From: Bdellovibrionales bacterium
GTDB taxonomy: Bacteria > Bdellovibrionota > Bdellovibrionia > Bdellovibrionales > JAUICD01
Length of the DNA stretch: 64,000 bases
Direction: 5' to 3'
Assembly (NCBI GenBank): GCA_965262715.1
Contig: OZ253553.1
Coordinates: 1,792,001 to 1,856,000 of the forward strand
Below, piece after piece: positions 41,386 through 51,712 of the stretch. Made by a program: the position numbers and the translations under genes. Position 1 is the stretch's first letter. Each line of letters starts with the position of its first letter. The notes below the pieces were generated by a model. It was given only the letters and a program-made list of their open reading frames with translations. It was not told the DNA's origin and searched no databases.

Positions 41386-42444
41386 CTACTTAAATTGATA
41401 TGACAAGTCCTGCCTTGTTACTTTATGTGCAAGAGGCTCTATTTGTTTAAAAAAAGATTGCAGACCAAGTCCATTTTTTGCAGAGATAGGTACGATAGAA
41501 ATATTATTCTTCTGAAATGTTGAAAGTATCTCTTTGAGTTGATTGTTTGAAATGGCATCAATTTTATTGAGTGCAATCATGTGTGGGCGTTGCAAAAGCG
41601 GCGGTAGTGTATCAACGCTGGAGACATCCTTATTTTTCTGATAACAAAGGATTTCTTTTTGAAGTGCTTTGTAGTCATTAATAGGCCCGCTTTCTGATAG
41701 GGCATCTAGTACATAGATAAGTGCTTGACTGCGATCTATATGTTTTAAAAAATTGTGCCCTAGCCCTACACCTTTATGTGCATCAACAACAAGGCCGGGA
41801 ATATCAGCTATAGTTATCGGATCTATATCTTGTCTCTGAGGTAATTGAAGAACACCTAAATGAGGGTTAAGTGTTGTGAAAGGGTAATTACCAATTTTAG
41901 GAGTTGCTTCAGAGATTTGAGAAAGAAGTGTAGATTTACCTGCATTAGGAAATCCTATTAAACCTAAATCTGCTATCAGTTTGAGTTCCAGATGAATAAG
42001 TTTTTCTTGACTTTTTTGTCCAGGTTGCGCAAAAGAAGGTGCTTGGTTTCTGCTATTTTTGAAAAAGTGATTTCCTTTTCCTCCAAGCCCTCCTTGGAGG
42101 ACGCATGTTTGGCTTGTATGAGAACACAAGTCATGAAGAACTTGTCCACTCTCATCTTTTAATAGAGTTCCCATAGGTATCTCAATAATGAGGTCCCTAC
42201 CACTTTTACCTGTTTTCTTATTGCCTCCACCAGGTTGACCATTTTCAGCACGGTATATTTTTTTTCGCACCAAGTTGAATAAAGATTTAAGGTGGGGATT
42301 GACTTTAAAGATGATATCAGCGCCTTTTCCTCCATCTCCTCCATCAGGTCCTCCTCTAGGTAAGTATTTTTCTCTATGATAACTTACACATCCAGCTCCG
42401 CCGTTGCCAGAGTGGAGGAATATTTGAGCTTCATCAACAAACAT
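41386..42444 (-). CDS. obgE: GTPase ObgE/CgtA
   Basis: MFVDE start, Gly-rich GGPDGGDGG, GFPNAGKST, YPFTTL, DIPG, NKID, SAK. Confidence 0.95.
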   Translation of the reverse strand: MFVDEAQIFLHSGNGGAGCVSYHREKYLPRGGPDGGDGGKGADIIFKVNPHLKSLFNLVRKKIYRAENGQPGGGNKKTGKSGRDLIIEIPMGTLLKDESGQVLHDLCSHTSQTCVLQGGLGGKGNHFFKNSRNQAPSFAQPGQKSQEKLIHLELKLIADLGLIGFPNAGKSTLLSQISEATPKIGNYPFTTLNPHLGVLQLPQRQDIDPITIADIPGLVVDAHKGVGLGHNFLKHIDRSQALIYVLDALSESGPINDYKALQKEILCYQKNKDVSSVDTLPPLLQRPHMIALNKIDAISNNQLKEILSTFQKNNISIVPISAKNGLGLQSFFKQIEPLAHKVTRQDLSYQFK

Positions 42445-42665
42445 AATCTCTTCCTTTAATACAATTATAGTCTCTCTATAACAGAAAATTGAAAATAAGT
42501 ACATAAGTTTACATATCATTCTATGTAAATATTTAAACCTATATGAAGTAAATGAGCTATTTCTTATTGATTGTCTAAATTTCCAATGGGTTTCTTGTAT
42601 TCAAGGCCTGAAATAAAAATGAATGATAAAACTTACTAAAAGAAAAACATATTTTTTAAAATAAA

Positions 42666-42698
42666 AGCCCTTTACAAGGGTAGTGTCCTCGCAAAGGG
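42666..42698 (-). terminator. GC hairpin, probable terminator (duplicated at ~49766-49798)
   Basis: gccctttacaagg..cctcgcaaagggc with adjacent A-tract (U-tract on the minus strand). Confidence 0.5.
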
Positions 42699-42727
42699 CG
42701 GAGATAAAAAATATCATGAAGCTTGTA

Positions 42728-43210
42728 TCATAAAGAAGCTATAAAGGTATCACATAAGATATTAAATGATTGATTATTTATAGCTTCACATTTAAGCGAT
42801 TGATCATTCTCTAAAGTTATTTTTAGAGAGCAAGTGTAAACCCTATATTGGTTAAATTTATATTCACTGGACATATCCCCACATGCCTTTAAAAGCTCTT
42901 TACCTTTAAATAGAGCACATGATTTTTGACAAACATTGATAAAGGTTGCGTTGACATCTGTGGCATTTTCCTTTTCTATATAATCTGTGTCCGGGCTATA
43001 ATTAGCATAGAAGTAATATTGTGCAGCTTCAGTATCTTGATTTAAGTTTATTGACAAATACTTAGGATCCGCTTCTTGTTTGTTTTTATAAAACTGAAGT
43101 CTTGCATTGTTTACAAGTAATCCTAGTAAACCAATAATAACAATTGCTAGTAAGTAAAGTAATCTTCTAGGGCTTGTTTTCTTTAGCTTCATTATTGCTA
43201 TTTCTTTCAA
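42728..43210 (-). CDS. Membrane-anchored Cys-containing hypothetical protein (paralog of 49827-50297)
   Basis: N-terminal TM helix; part of a ~560-bp direct repeat. Confidence 0.65.
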   Translation of the reverse strand: MKEIAIMKLKKTSPRRLLYLLAIVIIGLLGLLVNNARLQFYKNKQEADPKYLSINLNQDTEAAQYYFYANYSPDTDYIEKENATDVNATFINVCQKSCALFKGKELLKACGDMSSEYKFNQYRVYTCSLKITLENDQSLKCEAINNQSFNILCDTFIASL

Positions 43211-43235
43211 TCGAGGAATAACTGAAGAAGGTATT

Positions 43236-43451
43236 GTGAAAGGAAAGGTTGTAAAATTTAACGAAGAGACGGTGACTCTCTCTCAAAAAGGTCATAATGT
43301 TATTGTACCAAGAAAATCTATACCTAAAAATATTAAACTCAGGATAGGTATTGAAGCCCTTGCTATTATCAAAACAACCAGGGATATGGCATCACCTAGT
43401 CAATCTTCTCGCAGTCTAAAATCAGAAGAAAAAACAGAAAAAAAGAAGTAA
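43236..43451 (+). CDS. Small hypothetical protein, probably 5'-truncated at the repeat junction
   Basis: Frame stays open upstream towards the repeat junction near 43190. Confidence 0.4.
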   Translation: MKGKVVKFNEETVTLSQKGHNVIVPRKSIPKNIKLRIGIEALAIIKTTRDMASPSQSSRSLKSEEKTEKKK

Positions 43452-43701
43452 TATATATTGCAAAAATAAGTCAATGATTATTATATTGCAATATTCATAG
43501 AAAAATACTTACTTTGAACATAATTAATATAAAAACCATGAACACTAGAAAAAAGATAGAAGTGCCTACTATAGAATAAACCCCATAGCTCTAGAGGTTG
43601 CTAAAAGAATCTATTTAAGGTAGTTATAAGTAACTTTGAAAAAATCATAAATATGTCTTAAAAATAGAGATTAAAAATAACACTCATCAAATAAGGAAAA
43701 A

Positions 43702-44343
43702 ATGAAGAATAATTTTTATAAACTTGTTTTAGTTACACAAAAATTAGAAAAAGATATAAATGAATATCTGACTTTCCTAAAAATTTGTATTCAAAATGGT
43801 ATTACCTCTATACAGCTAAGAGAGAAAAACTTAAGCTTTCCTGATGCATTTTCCCTTGCATCACATTTAAAAAAATTTTTATCACCTTTTAAAATTCCAC
43901 TGATTATTAATGACAATCTGAAGATAGCATTGGAGACAAATGCTGAAGGGCTTCATCTTGGCCAAAATGATGGTAATATCATCCAAGCAAGAAAACGTTT
44001 AGGGCCAAACAAAATTTTGGGCTTAACTGTTAATTCCTTTGAACAACTTATGAAAGCAAACAAACTACCTGTTGATTATATTGGTATAGGAGCTATTTTC
44101 CCTACAAAAAATAAACCGCATGTACAGAGAGTTTGGGGATGTCAAAATCTTGAAAAAGCAGTTCTGGAGTCTGTGCATAAAGTCATTGCTATAGGTGGGA
44201 TTAATTTAAAGAATGCCAGTGATGTTTTAGATACAGGAGTTCATGGCATTGCAGCTATTGATGTTTTCCATAATACTTCTAGTCCGTGTTTAACAACAAA
44301 AAAATTATTTAACTTAATTAAAAAGAGCAAGCAGTCATGTTAG
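43702..44343 (+). CDS. thiE: Thiamine-phosphate synthase
   Basis: QLREK, LIIND, HLGQND, DYIGIGAIFPTKNK, AIGGI. Confidence 0.92.
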   Translation: MKNNFYKLVLVTQKLEKDINEYLTFLKICIQNGITSIQLREKNLSFPDAFSLASHLKKFLSPFKIPLIINDNLKIALETNAEGLHLGQNDGNIIQARKRLGPNKILGLTVNSFEQLMKANKLPVDYIGIGAIFPTKNKPHVQRVWGCQNLEKAVLESVHKVIAIGGINLKNASDVLDTGVHGIAAIDVFHNTSSPCLTTKKLFNLIKKSKQSC

Positions 44344-45119
44344 AAGAAATCAAACAAGACCTAAAGATATTAAGAAATAAAAAACCATTAATATTGAATT
44401 TAACCAATTATGTCACTATGGATTTTATGGCCAATGCACTTTTAAGTTTAGGTGCAGCACCTATTATGTCTACCTGTAGTGAAGAAATTAAGGAACTTAT
44501 CAAAATCTCAAATGCTATAAATATTAATATTGGCACTTTAAATAAGGACTTAATTGCACTATCAATGCAAGCAGCAGTAATAGCTAAGAAACTTGGGAAG
44601 CCAATTATTTTTGATCCTGTTGGTGCAGGTGCAACAACTATTCGGACGCAAACAGCAAAAAAATTATTGCTTTATAGTAGTGTGGTAAAAGGAAATGCCA
44701 GCGAAATTCTTGCACTTTCTGGAAATGTTCATAAAACACTTGGAGTTGAAAGTATACATACCACTAATCAAGCTAAAGATGTAGCTCATAGTTTAGCATT
44801 AAAAGCAAATTGCATTGTTGTCATTAGTGGTAAAATGGATTTTATCACAGATGGCAAAGATGAGATTCGTCTTAATTTTGGGCATGCCTTAATGCCATAT
44901 ATTACTGGCATGGGCTGTACATTGTCAGCTATGATTGCTGCTTTTTGTGCAATCAACAAAGACTATTTCAAAGCTTGTAAGCATGCAGTTTCTTATTTTA
45001 CTTTATGTGGAAATATCGCAGGCAAAATAAACCCATGCCCCGGGTCTTTTCGCTCTGCTTTTGTTGATGAACTATTTAAAGCTGATTTTAAGCAAATGAA
45101 AGCGTATTATGGTCACTGA
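44337..45119 (+). CDS. thiM: Hydroxyethylthiazole kinase
   Basis: LTNYV, ANALL..GAAPIM, NIGTL, DPVGAGAT, KGNASEI, TGMGC. Confidence 0.93.
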   Translation: MLEEIKQDLKILRNKKPLILNLTNYVTMDFMANALLSLGAAPIMSTCSEEIKELIKISNAININIGTLNKDLIALSMQAAVIAKKLGKPIIFDPVGAGATTIRTQTAKKLLLYSSVVKGNASEILALSGNVHKTLGVESIHTTNQAKDVAHSLALKANCIVVISGKMDFITDGKDEIRLNFGHALMPYITGMGCTLSAMIAAFCAINKDYFKACKHAVSYFTLCGNIAGKINPCPGSFRSAFVDELFKADFKQMKAYYGH

Positions 45120-46071
45120 AGCAGACATTATTCATCAGATAAAAAATAGGTTTCCTGAGCATATTGGTCATGATACGGCGGAAATTGATGTGCCAGCAGA
45201 TTCATGTTGTGTTGTGACTAAGGATCTTTTAATTGATAACATTCATTTTCGCACAGGCTATATTGAGCCAAAGAGCTTAGCTTATAAAGCTCTGCATGCA
45301 AATTTAAGTGATTTAGCAGCAAGTGGAGCACAGCCTAAATTCATTATACTGGGGTTATCTATTCCTAAATCCCAAGGGGCTTACGTTTATGAATTTATAA
45401 ATCATTTTCTAACACTTTGTAAATCTAATCAGGTAAATATTATTGGAGGTGATACCACTGCAAGTCAATCCGGTTTGTTTGTCAGCATCACAGCTATTGG
45501 TTACACCAAAAAAGGTCATAGAAAAACAAGATATGGTGCTAAAAAGAATGATTTGATTTGTGTTACAGGACCTATAGGGAGATCGCACATAGGCCTTCTG
45601 GCACTAGAAAATAAAGTTAATGGATTGCTTGAATTTAAGGAAAGCTTTCTTTTCCCAAAAGCAAAAGTACAAGAAGGCATTTGGCTTGGAAAGCAAAATG
45701 CTGTCACATGCATGATGGATATTTCTGATGGACTTTTTATTGACCTCAAGCGTCTATTAAAAACTTCAAAGGTGAATGCAGAAATTGATTTAGATAAGTT
45801 ACCACTATCAAATAATTTTATAAAGGCCTGTGAACTTTTAAAGCTTGACCCCTTCAATACGTTACTTGTTGGCGGTGAAGACTACGGTTTGTTGTTTACG
45901 ATACAAAATGAGCATTTTATAAAAACATCTCATCAATTTTTTAACAAATTTTCTTATCAATTTCATTGTATTGGTCATATTAAAGATGGCGACGGCATAA
46001 ATATTAAAAGAAGTGGCAATAAAATTAATTTATCTTTAAAACCGTTTTCTCATTTTGGAGAGGAATTATGA
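45109..46071 (+). CDS. thiL: Thiamine-monophosphate kinase
   Basis: IGHDTA, NLSDLAASG, GGDT, DISDGL, GGEDY, FSHF. Confidence 0.92.
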   Translation: MVTEADIIHQIKNRFPEHIGHDTAEIDVPADSCCVVTKDLLIDNIHFRTGYIEPKSLAYKALHANLSDLAASGAQPKFIILGLSIPKSQGAYVYEFINHFLTLCKSNQVNIIGGDTTASQSGLFVSITAIGYTKKGHRKTRYGAKKNDLICVTGPIGRSHIGLLALENKVNGLLEFKESFLFPKAKVQEGIWLGKQNAVTCMMDISDGLFIDLKRLLKTSKVNAEIDLDKLPLSNNFIKACELLKLDPFNTLLVGGEDYGLLFTIQNEHFIKTSHQFFNKFSYQFHCIGHIKDGDGINIKRSGNKINLSLKPFSHFGEEL

Positions 46072-46907
46072 ATACAAGTCAAGAAATGATGAATAAAAAA
46101 TGTTTATCGATTGCTGGTTTTGACGGATCAGGTGGTGCCGGAATTCAAGCAGATTTAAAAACATTCTCTGCTCTTGGTTGTTATGGGATGAATGTTCTTA
46201 CAGCCTTGCCAATTCAAAATACTTGTGGTGTTAAAAATTGTTATGATCTACCAGTAAGTGTCATAAACGAACAATTAGAGGCTATATTCGAGGACATTAA
46301 ACCTACCAGTATAAAAATAGGTATGTTGTTTTCTATAGAAATCATCCGATGTGTGGCGGATTTTTTGGAAAAACATGCAAGGGATATTCCCATTATTTTA
46401 GATCCTGTAATGGTTGCCAAAAGTGGTGATTCTTTGCTTTTGCCAAATGCTATAAATATTTTAAAAGAAAAATTAATACCCTTATCTACAATTGTTACTC
46501 CAAATCTTCCTGAAGCATATAGATTAATAGATGGCTCAAAGGAAATAGAAACAATAGCACATCAGATTTTAAAGCTTGGTTGCAAATCTGTCCTAATTAA
46601 AGGCGGACATACTGCTAAGATTCATTCTAATGACTTATTCATGGATACAGAAAACACTTATTGGATTGAATCGGAAAGAATTAAATCTAAGAACACACAT
46701 GGTACAGGATGCACTTTATCTTCTGCTATATGCGCTTTTATTGCGCATGGGTTTTCAGAAAAAATGGCGTGTGTTTATGCTAAACGATATATTTTTGGTG
46801 CTATTAAAGCATCAAAAGATATTACAGTCGGACTTGGTCAAGGACCAGTGCATCATTTTTATCACATATCTTCATATATTGATAAAATTATAGAGAACCA
46901 TTCGTAA
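46068..46907 (+). CDS. thiD: HMP/HMP-P kinase
   Basis: AGFDGSGGAGIQADLKTF, KIGML, DPVM, TPNLPEA, KGGH, THGTGC. Confidence 0.94.
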   Translation: MNTSQEMMNKKCLSIAGFDGSGGAGIQADLKTFSALGCYGMNVLTALPIQNTCGVKNCYDLPVSVINEQLEAIFEDIKPTSIKIGMLFSIEIIRCVADFLEKHARDIPIILDPVMVAKSGDSLLLPNAINILKEKLIPLSTIVTPNLPEAYRLIDGSKEIETIAHQILKLGCKSVLIKGGHTAKIHSNDLFMDTENTYWIESERIKSKNTHGTGCTLSSAICAFIAHGFSEKMACVYAKRYIFGAIKASKDITVGLGQGPVHHFYHISSYIDKIIENHS

Positions 46908-47042
46908 AAACACCCTTATTTATTAATCAATATCTAAAAGCATGTTTTAAATACGTTAATGGGGTTACTTATTTCATATTTTATATTATAATTTATTTTC
47001 TTATTATTGGTAATGTTTTATTTATGTAAAGGGATATATATT

Positions 47043-47309
47043 ATGTTGAAAAGGTTTTTATTATTTATATTTTGCTTTGTTTTTACAGTAATGTCTTATG
47101 CTACAGTTCAAGAAGATAGTGATCAGCTTAGCATTGGTGATAAAGTTTACACTATTGATTCTCCCGGAAACAACATAGAAAGATTTCCTTTTAGAGGACC
47201 TTTTGACAGTGTCATTTTAGGTGTAAATAAAAATACAAAAAGTGTGATGGTTTTGTTTGTTGATTCTATGGCTAGCTTCTTTAGCTCAACCAGACCTATT
47301 GAGGTGTAG
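47043..47309 (+). pseudogene. Fragment of a secreted hypothetical protein upstream of IS200
   Basis: Signal-peptide-like MLKRFLLFIFCFVFTVMSYA; short, ends near IS ends. Confidence 0.4.
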
Positions 47310-47404
47310 ATGATATTGCTATAGAGTTTGATCCTAATAGTCCTTTTTAAACACTTAGTCTTAGGAGTGGCTTTGTTGCAGAAGGATTTAGATAATTGTG
47401 TTTA

Positions 47405-47949
47405 ATGTCCCTTTCGGGGATGGTTGAAATCCCTCGCCTTCAGGCGACGCTCAATTTGTGGTATAATACTCAATATGAGACAGTACAGACTTAGTTCACA
47501 TACAAAGAGCGATCTTAAGTTTCATATTGTTTGGATTCCTAAATATCGCAAGAAAGTTTTAGTGGGAGAAGTTGCTACAAGGGCAAGGGACTTATTAAGA
47601 AAGATAGCAATGGAACATGATTTGGTAGTTATTTCAGGTAAGGTAGCTAAAGATCATGTTCATATATTTTTATCCTATCGACCACATCAAAGTATAAGTA
47701 AAATAGTTCAGTGGTTAACAGGTATAAGTTCACGAGTTTTACTTCAGGAATTTCCTTATTTGCGCAAGCAGTTTTGGGGTCGTCATTTTTGGGCTAGAGG
47801 TTATCTTGTAGTAAGTTCTGGTAATATAACAGATGAACTCATCAAGAAGTACGTGGATGAACAAGAGGGTGAACAAATAGCGGATGATAGTCAATTTCCA
47901 ATTGACCCTTCTATTTGAACCCCTCGACTTCAAGTCGAGGGTTGTTCAG
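47405..47949 (+). mobile_element. IS200-type element (tnpA only)
   Basis: Subterminal hairpins tcgccttcaggcga and ccctcgacttcaagtcgaggg flank tnpA; exact ends approximate. Confidence 0.85.
47475..47918 (+). CDS. tnpA: IS200/IS605 Y1 (HUH) transposase
   Basis: HIVWIPKYR, DHVH, FWARGY, YVDEQ. Confidence 0.93.
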   Translation: MRQYRLSSHTKSDLKFHIVWIPKYRKKVLVGEVATRARDLLRKIAMEHDLVVISGKVAKDHVHIFLSYRPHQSISKIVQWLTGISSRVLLQEFPYLRKQFWGRHFWARGYLVVSSGNITDELIKKYVDEQEGEQIADDSQFPIDPSI

Positions 47950-48124
47950 TTTATGTGAGTTGTATATTTCCATTGTTAGATTTATGTTTTTCTAATCAGG
48001 GATTTGTCAAAGTTATAGCCTTTATCATAAGCTTCTATAATCTTACTGCTTTTTTCACGGAGCACATGAGATACTTTAATAGGTATGATATAACCATGTA
48101 TCTTTAATTGGTTTTGCTTTGTAG

Positions 48125-48394
48125 TCATTGATTGCTTATTGGTTGGAACTGGACATTTATAAAATTAACAATTTCGTTTTCATCAATAGCTTCTTGTATA
48201 ATACACTCATCAAAGCTTCTTAACCTTTTAGCTACAAAGTCAATAGCATGATGTTCAGAATTAAATGAAGCTAAAATGCGCTTTTCATGTATTATAAGAT
48301 GTTTGCCCTTATATTTTGGGTTTTCTAAGATTTCTTTTAAATGGTCTTTATACCATTGAGAGTTTTCTTTTTGTTTTTCGTTTAAATCCAACAT
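48125..48394 (-). CDS. Small hypothetical protein (DUF5678-like)
   Basis: KYKGKHLIIHEKRILAS pattern; weak recognition. Confidence 0.4.
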   Translation of the reverse strand: MLDLNEKQKENSQWYKDHLKEILENPKYKGKHLIIHEKRILASFNSEHHAIDFVAKRLRSFDECIIQEAIDENEIVNFINVQFQPISNQ

Positions 48395-48508
48395 AATTGT
48401 CCCCTTATGTTATTACAATAATTGCACTTTTTTTAAAGACGTACAAGCAGTTTTGCTTGACGTCAAATAGATGTAATAATTACAAGTGTGGCAATTACAG
48501 AGCTAGGT

Positions 48509-49276
48509 CTAGGCAACTAAGCCTTGTTTTTTGCTATCGAGTAACCCGTTACGCCTTGCAACCCTTTTAAGTGTTGTTTGATGCCACTTGCCCTTTTGTC
48601 TTGTTTGAATCTTAAGAGAGTTGATTTCTTTAGTGATAGCTTCCCAAGTCTTGCCACTTTTTCTTAAAACCTTAATGATAGGGACAATTCTTTGATCGGC
48701 AATCTCTCTTTTAGATTGTTTATTTGGAGCAGCTGCTTTTTTCTTAGATGTAGTAACTTTAGTTTGTTCAGCTATTTGAGCTTCTTTAGCTTGTCTTTTC
48801 TTTTCCCATAAAGCTTCTAAACCTTTTCTTACATTAGGGTTATTGTAACCGAGTGGCTTACCTTGCTTCTTAACTTCCTGCAAAGCTCTCTTTGTCCTAT
48901 TGCTGATACTCTCACGTTCATATTGTGCTATAGCACCCATAATGTTGATTGTCAGTGGGGTTGCATCGGGCATATCACATACAACAAAATTGACCTTACT
49001 TCTACCAAGTGAAGTAATAAAATGTAAGTCCCTTGAGAGTCGGCTTAATGTAGCAATAATAAGAGTAGCCTTGTTTTTCTTAGAAGTAGCTAAAGCTTTT
49101 TGAAGTTCCGGTCTATTCTTATCAGACTTGCCACTTTCTTTTTCAGTGAAGCTTTCTAGTGGCTTAATGTCTCCAAGATAGTTTTTGACCATAGTCTTTT
49201 GAGCATCTATACCTAGAGATTGTTTGTTAGTGGATACCCTGTAATAAGCAATATATTTGATTTTTTTATTTCCCAT
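48509..49276 (-). CDS. Serine recombinase (resolvase family) with C-terminal recombinase-type DNA-binding region
   Basis: YYRVST..Q, EKESG, RPEL, LSRLSR, ERESISNRT, G..LG, GKWHQT. Confidence 0.9.
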   Translation of the reverse strand: MGNKKIKYIAYYRVSTNKQSLGIDAQKTMVKNYLGDIKPLESFTEKESGKSDKNRPELQKALATSKKNKATLIIATLSRLSRDLHFITSLGRSKVNFVVCDMPDATPLTINIMGAIAQYERESISNRTKRALQEVKKQGKPLGYNNPNVRKGLEALWEKKRQAKEAQIAEQTKVTTSKKKAAAPNKQSKREIADQRIVPIIKVLRKSGKTWEAITKEINSLKIQTRQKGKWHQTTLKRVARRNGLLDSKKQGLVA

Positions 49277-49826
49277 TTTACACCTCGTTTTTCTTTATTT
49301 CCTAACCTTATATATATAGCTATGACACAGTTTATTATCTATGTCAAGACATTAATACTTATTAATAAATAAACTTATTGTGTTGAATATTAATCATAGA
49401 TTAAATGTTTAATAAGAATACAATAATGATATAGATTACATATCATTAATGGTTACTTTATGTATAATATAATCACTTAGTGCCTCGATTTATCATCAAG
49501 GCCTAAAGAGATTACACCTTTATAACCCTATGGCTGTTAAAGTCCATTGAACCGGCTTATTTGTTTGAAACTCTATCATGTTGAATATTTTTTTCTTGTT
49601 TTTAATGCTTACAACAGCTCTTTTTTTGTCATAATTGATAAAGAAACTGTATTTAACCAAAACACCTTCTTATATTTTCATTTTAGCAAGAAAAATTTCC
49701 TTAACATTTTATAAAAAAATAAAGAGATACTCATTACTAAAAATAAACATATTTTTTAAATAAAAGCCCTTTACAAGGGTAGTGTCCTCGCAAAGGGCGG
49801 AGATAAAAAATATCATGAAACTTGTA

Positions 49827-50297
49827 TCATAAAGAAGCTATGAAGGTATCACACAAGATATTAAATGATTGATTATTTATAGCTTCACATTTAAGCGATT
49901 GATCGTTCTCTAAAGTTATTTTTAGAGAGCAAGTGTAAATCCTATATTGGTTAAATTTATCTTCACTGGACAAATCCCCACATGCCTTTAAAAGCTCTTT
50001 ACCTCTTAATAGAGCACATGATTTTTGACAAACATTGATAAAGGTTGCATTACTACCTATGGTATTTACTCTTTCTATATAATCTGTGTCAGGGCTATAA
50101 TTAGCATAGAAGTAATATCGCGCAGCTTCAGTGTCTTGTTTTAAATGGGTTGATAGAAACTCTTTATTGGCTTTCTGTGTATCTTGATAGAATTGTAGTC
50201 TTGCATTGTTTACAAGTAATCCTAGTAAACCAATAATAACAATTGCTAGTAGGTAAAGTAATCTTCTAGGACTTGTTTTCTTTAATTTCATTTTCAA
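49827..50297 (-). CDS. Membrane-anchored hypothetical protein (paralog of 42728-43210)
   Basis: Long identical peptide stretches with 42728-43210. Confidence 0.7.
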   Translation of the reverse strand: MKMKLKKTSPRRLLYLLAIVIIGLLGLLVNNARLQFYQDTQKANKEFLSTHLKQDTEAARYYFYANYSPDTDYIERVNTIGSNATFINVCQKSCALLRGKELLKACGDLSSEDKFNQYRIYTCSLKITLENDQSLKCEAINNQSFNILCDTFIASL

Positions 50298-50398
50298 GCT
50301 CTTTTATTGTTTCTGTTTTTAAATCTTTATGAAACTGTGTAGTTTCTGTTTTATCAAACAAGTAAACCCACGTTATTTTGAACATGGGTTTATTTACT

Positions 50399-50632
50399 TC
50401 ATAAAGAAACTGGTTTAATAGCTTCTCGCTTTAATTGACTGTGCTTATTTCTCTTATCTATTACATCAATTCTTTTGTTTATATTCATAAATGTTCTTGC
50501 GTTTATACGCTGTAATCCATAAAGATGTGATAAATAATGCATGCTAAACAAAGTAGACAATAAAACTGATATGATTATAGATATGAGCATTCCTAAGAAA
50601 AAACCTATCCTTAACTTAACATTCCTTTTCAT
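50399..50632 (-). CDS. Small membrane protein translationally coupled to pilin
   Basis: Start overlaps the pilin stop; one TM helix. Confidence 0.5.
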   Translation of the reverse strand: MKRNVKLRIGFFLGMLISIIISVLLSTLFSMHYLSHLYGLQRINARTFMNINKRIDVIDKRNKHSQLKREAIKPVSL

Positions 50633-51387
50633 TTAGTGCCATCCTGTGCATTTTCTACAACTTTTGATTGATTCATGACCCATACATCTTCTTCATTTCC
50701 TCCAATATCTCCAACTGCACCTATAGTAAATGAAGGGTTATACCTATTTGTATTATTAACTTGCGCTTCTCCATTAATCCATGCTCCTGCTGTAGCAGCA
50801 TTTGAAGAATCTTTACATCCACTAGTTGCTGCGGCTGCACAATCTGTCTGATTAGTAGCTGTGCATCCAGTGTCGGTAGCACTACCCGGACCACAAGTTC
50901 CTAAAACAGCATTTACAGTTGACCACTGTACACTTACAGATGTAATCCCAGGAGCTAAGCCACATTTTGTAGCACTACCGCCAGACTTGCATAATTCAAT
51001 GGTGTCACGGTCTGTTACTGCTGATGGTAATGGTCCTCTATAGCCAGGTTCTCTAGTAGCTTTGTTAGGATTTATGATTCCAGTACCTGCTAGAGTATTA
51101 GTAGAAAATCCTACTCTGTATTGCACTAAACCATCTGGAGAAAATCCAGCTTGATCTATATTAGGTGTTGCAAACCCATGCTCTGTTGCAAAAGTAACTT
51201 CTGCTGAATAAACACCAGACATCAATCCTTTTGCCTCTGCTTGTTGTGCCTTTCTTTGGAAGCGTTGATAGTTTGGTATAGCAATCGCTGCCAATATACC
51301 AATGATCGCAACCACTACCATCAATTCAACCAAAGAAAAACCTTTTTGATTTTTCCATTTTTTAATGAATTTAAACTTCGTTTCCAT
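50629..51387 (-). CDS. pilA: Type IVa pilin
   Basis: QKG|FSLVELMVVVAIIGILAAIAIPNY prepilin motif; Cys pairs in C-terminal domain. Confidence 0.85.
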   Translation of the reverse strand: METKFKFIKKWKNQKGFSLVELMVVVAIIGILAAIAIPNYQRFQRKAQQAEAKGLMSGVYSAEVTFATEHGFATPNIDQAGFSPDGLVQYRVGFSTNTLAGTGIINPNKATREPGYRGPLPSAVTDRDTIELCKSGGSATKCGLAPGITSVSVQWSTVNAVLGTCGPGSATDTGCTATNQTDCAAAATSGCKDSSNAATAGAWINGEAQVNNTNRYNPSFTIGAVGDIGGNEEDVWVMNQSKVVENAQDGTK

Positions 51388-51423
51388 TTTCTTTCCCCTT
51401 TTATTTAATTAATTTTTAAATAT

Positions 51424-51584
51424 TTTCCTTAACATGATGTAAAAGAACTAAATGTATCTCCCTTACTTAAAATGAACAGTTTTTTGAGGCAGTCAGCATT
51501 TTATTGAAGGGGATACATCCCGTAGCGTGAGCCTTCAAGCTGACTGTCCAAAAACAGCTAGAAGCTGGTTCATTTTGAGTGAAA
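51424..51584 (+). repeat. Family-B2 element just upstream of pilA
   Basis: acttaaaatgaac/gttcattttgagt, gcagtcagc/gctgactgt, gcGTGAgc loop. Confidence 0.8.
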
Positions 51585-51712
51585 CAGCTTTAAAATAATA
51601 AATCTTTTATGTGTCTTCTTAAGCTGCTTAATTTGAAAGAAAAGATGACCAAAAATATCAAAAATGAAAGCCTTAAAAGTCAAGTCAAAAGGCTGTTTTT
51701 TAACGTAACTGG

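Noticed and set aside
43450..43702. TPP riboswitch upstream of thiE
   Set aside because: No CUGAGA or related conserved motifs visible; region is very AT-rich
47405..47949. TnpB/IscB RNA-guided module
   Set aside because: Only tnpA lies between the two hairpins; no room for a nuclease gene
51388..51712. Sigma54 promoter for pilA
   Set aside because: No TGGCAC-N5-TTGC consensus found by eye on the minus strand
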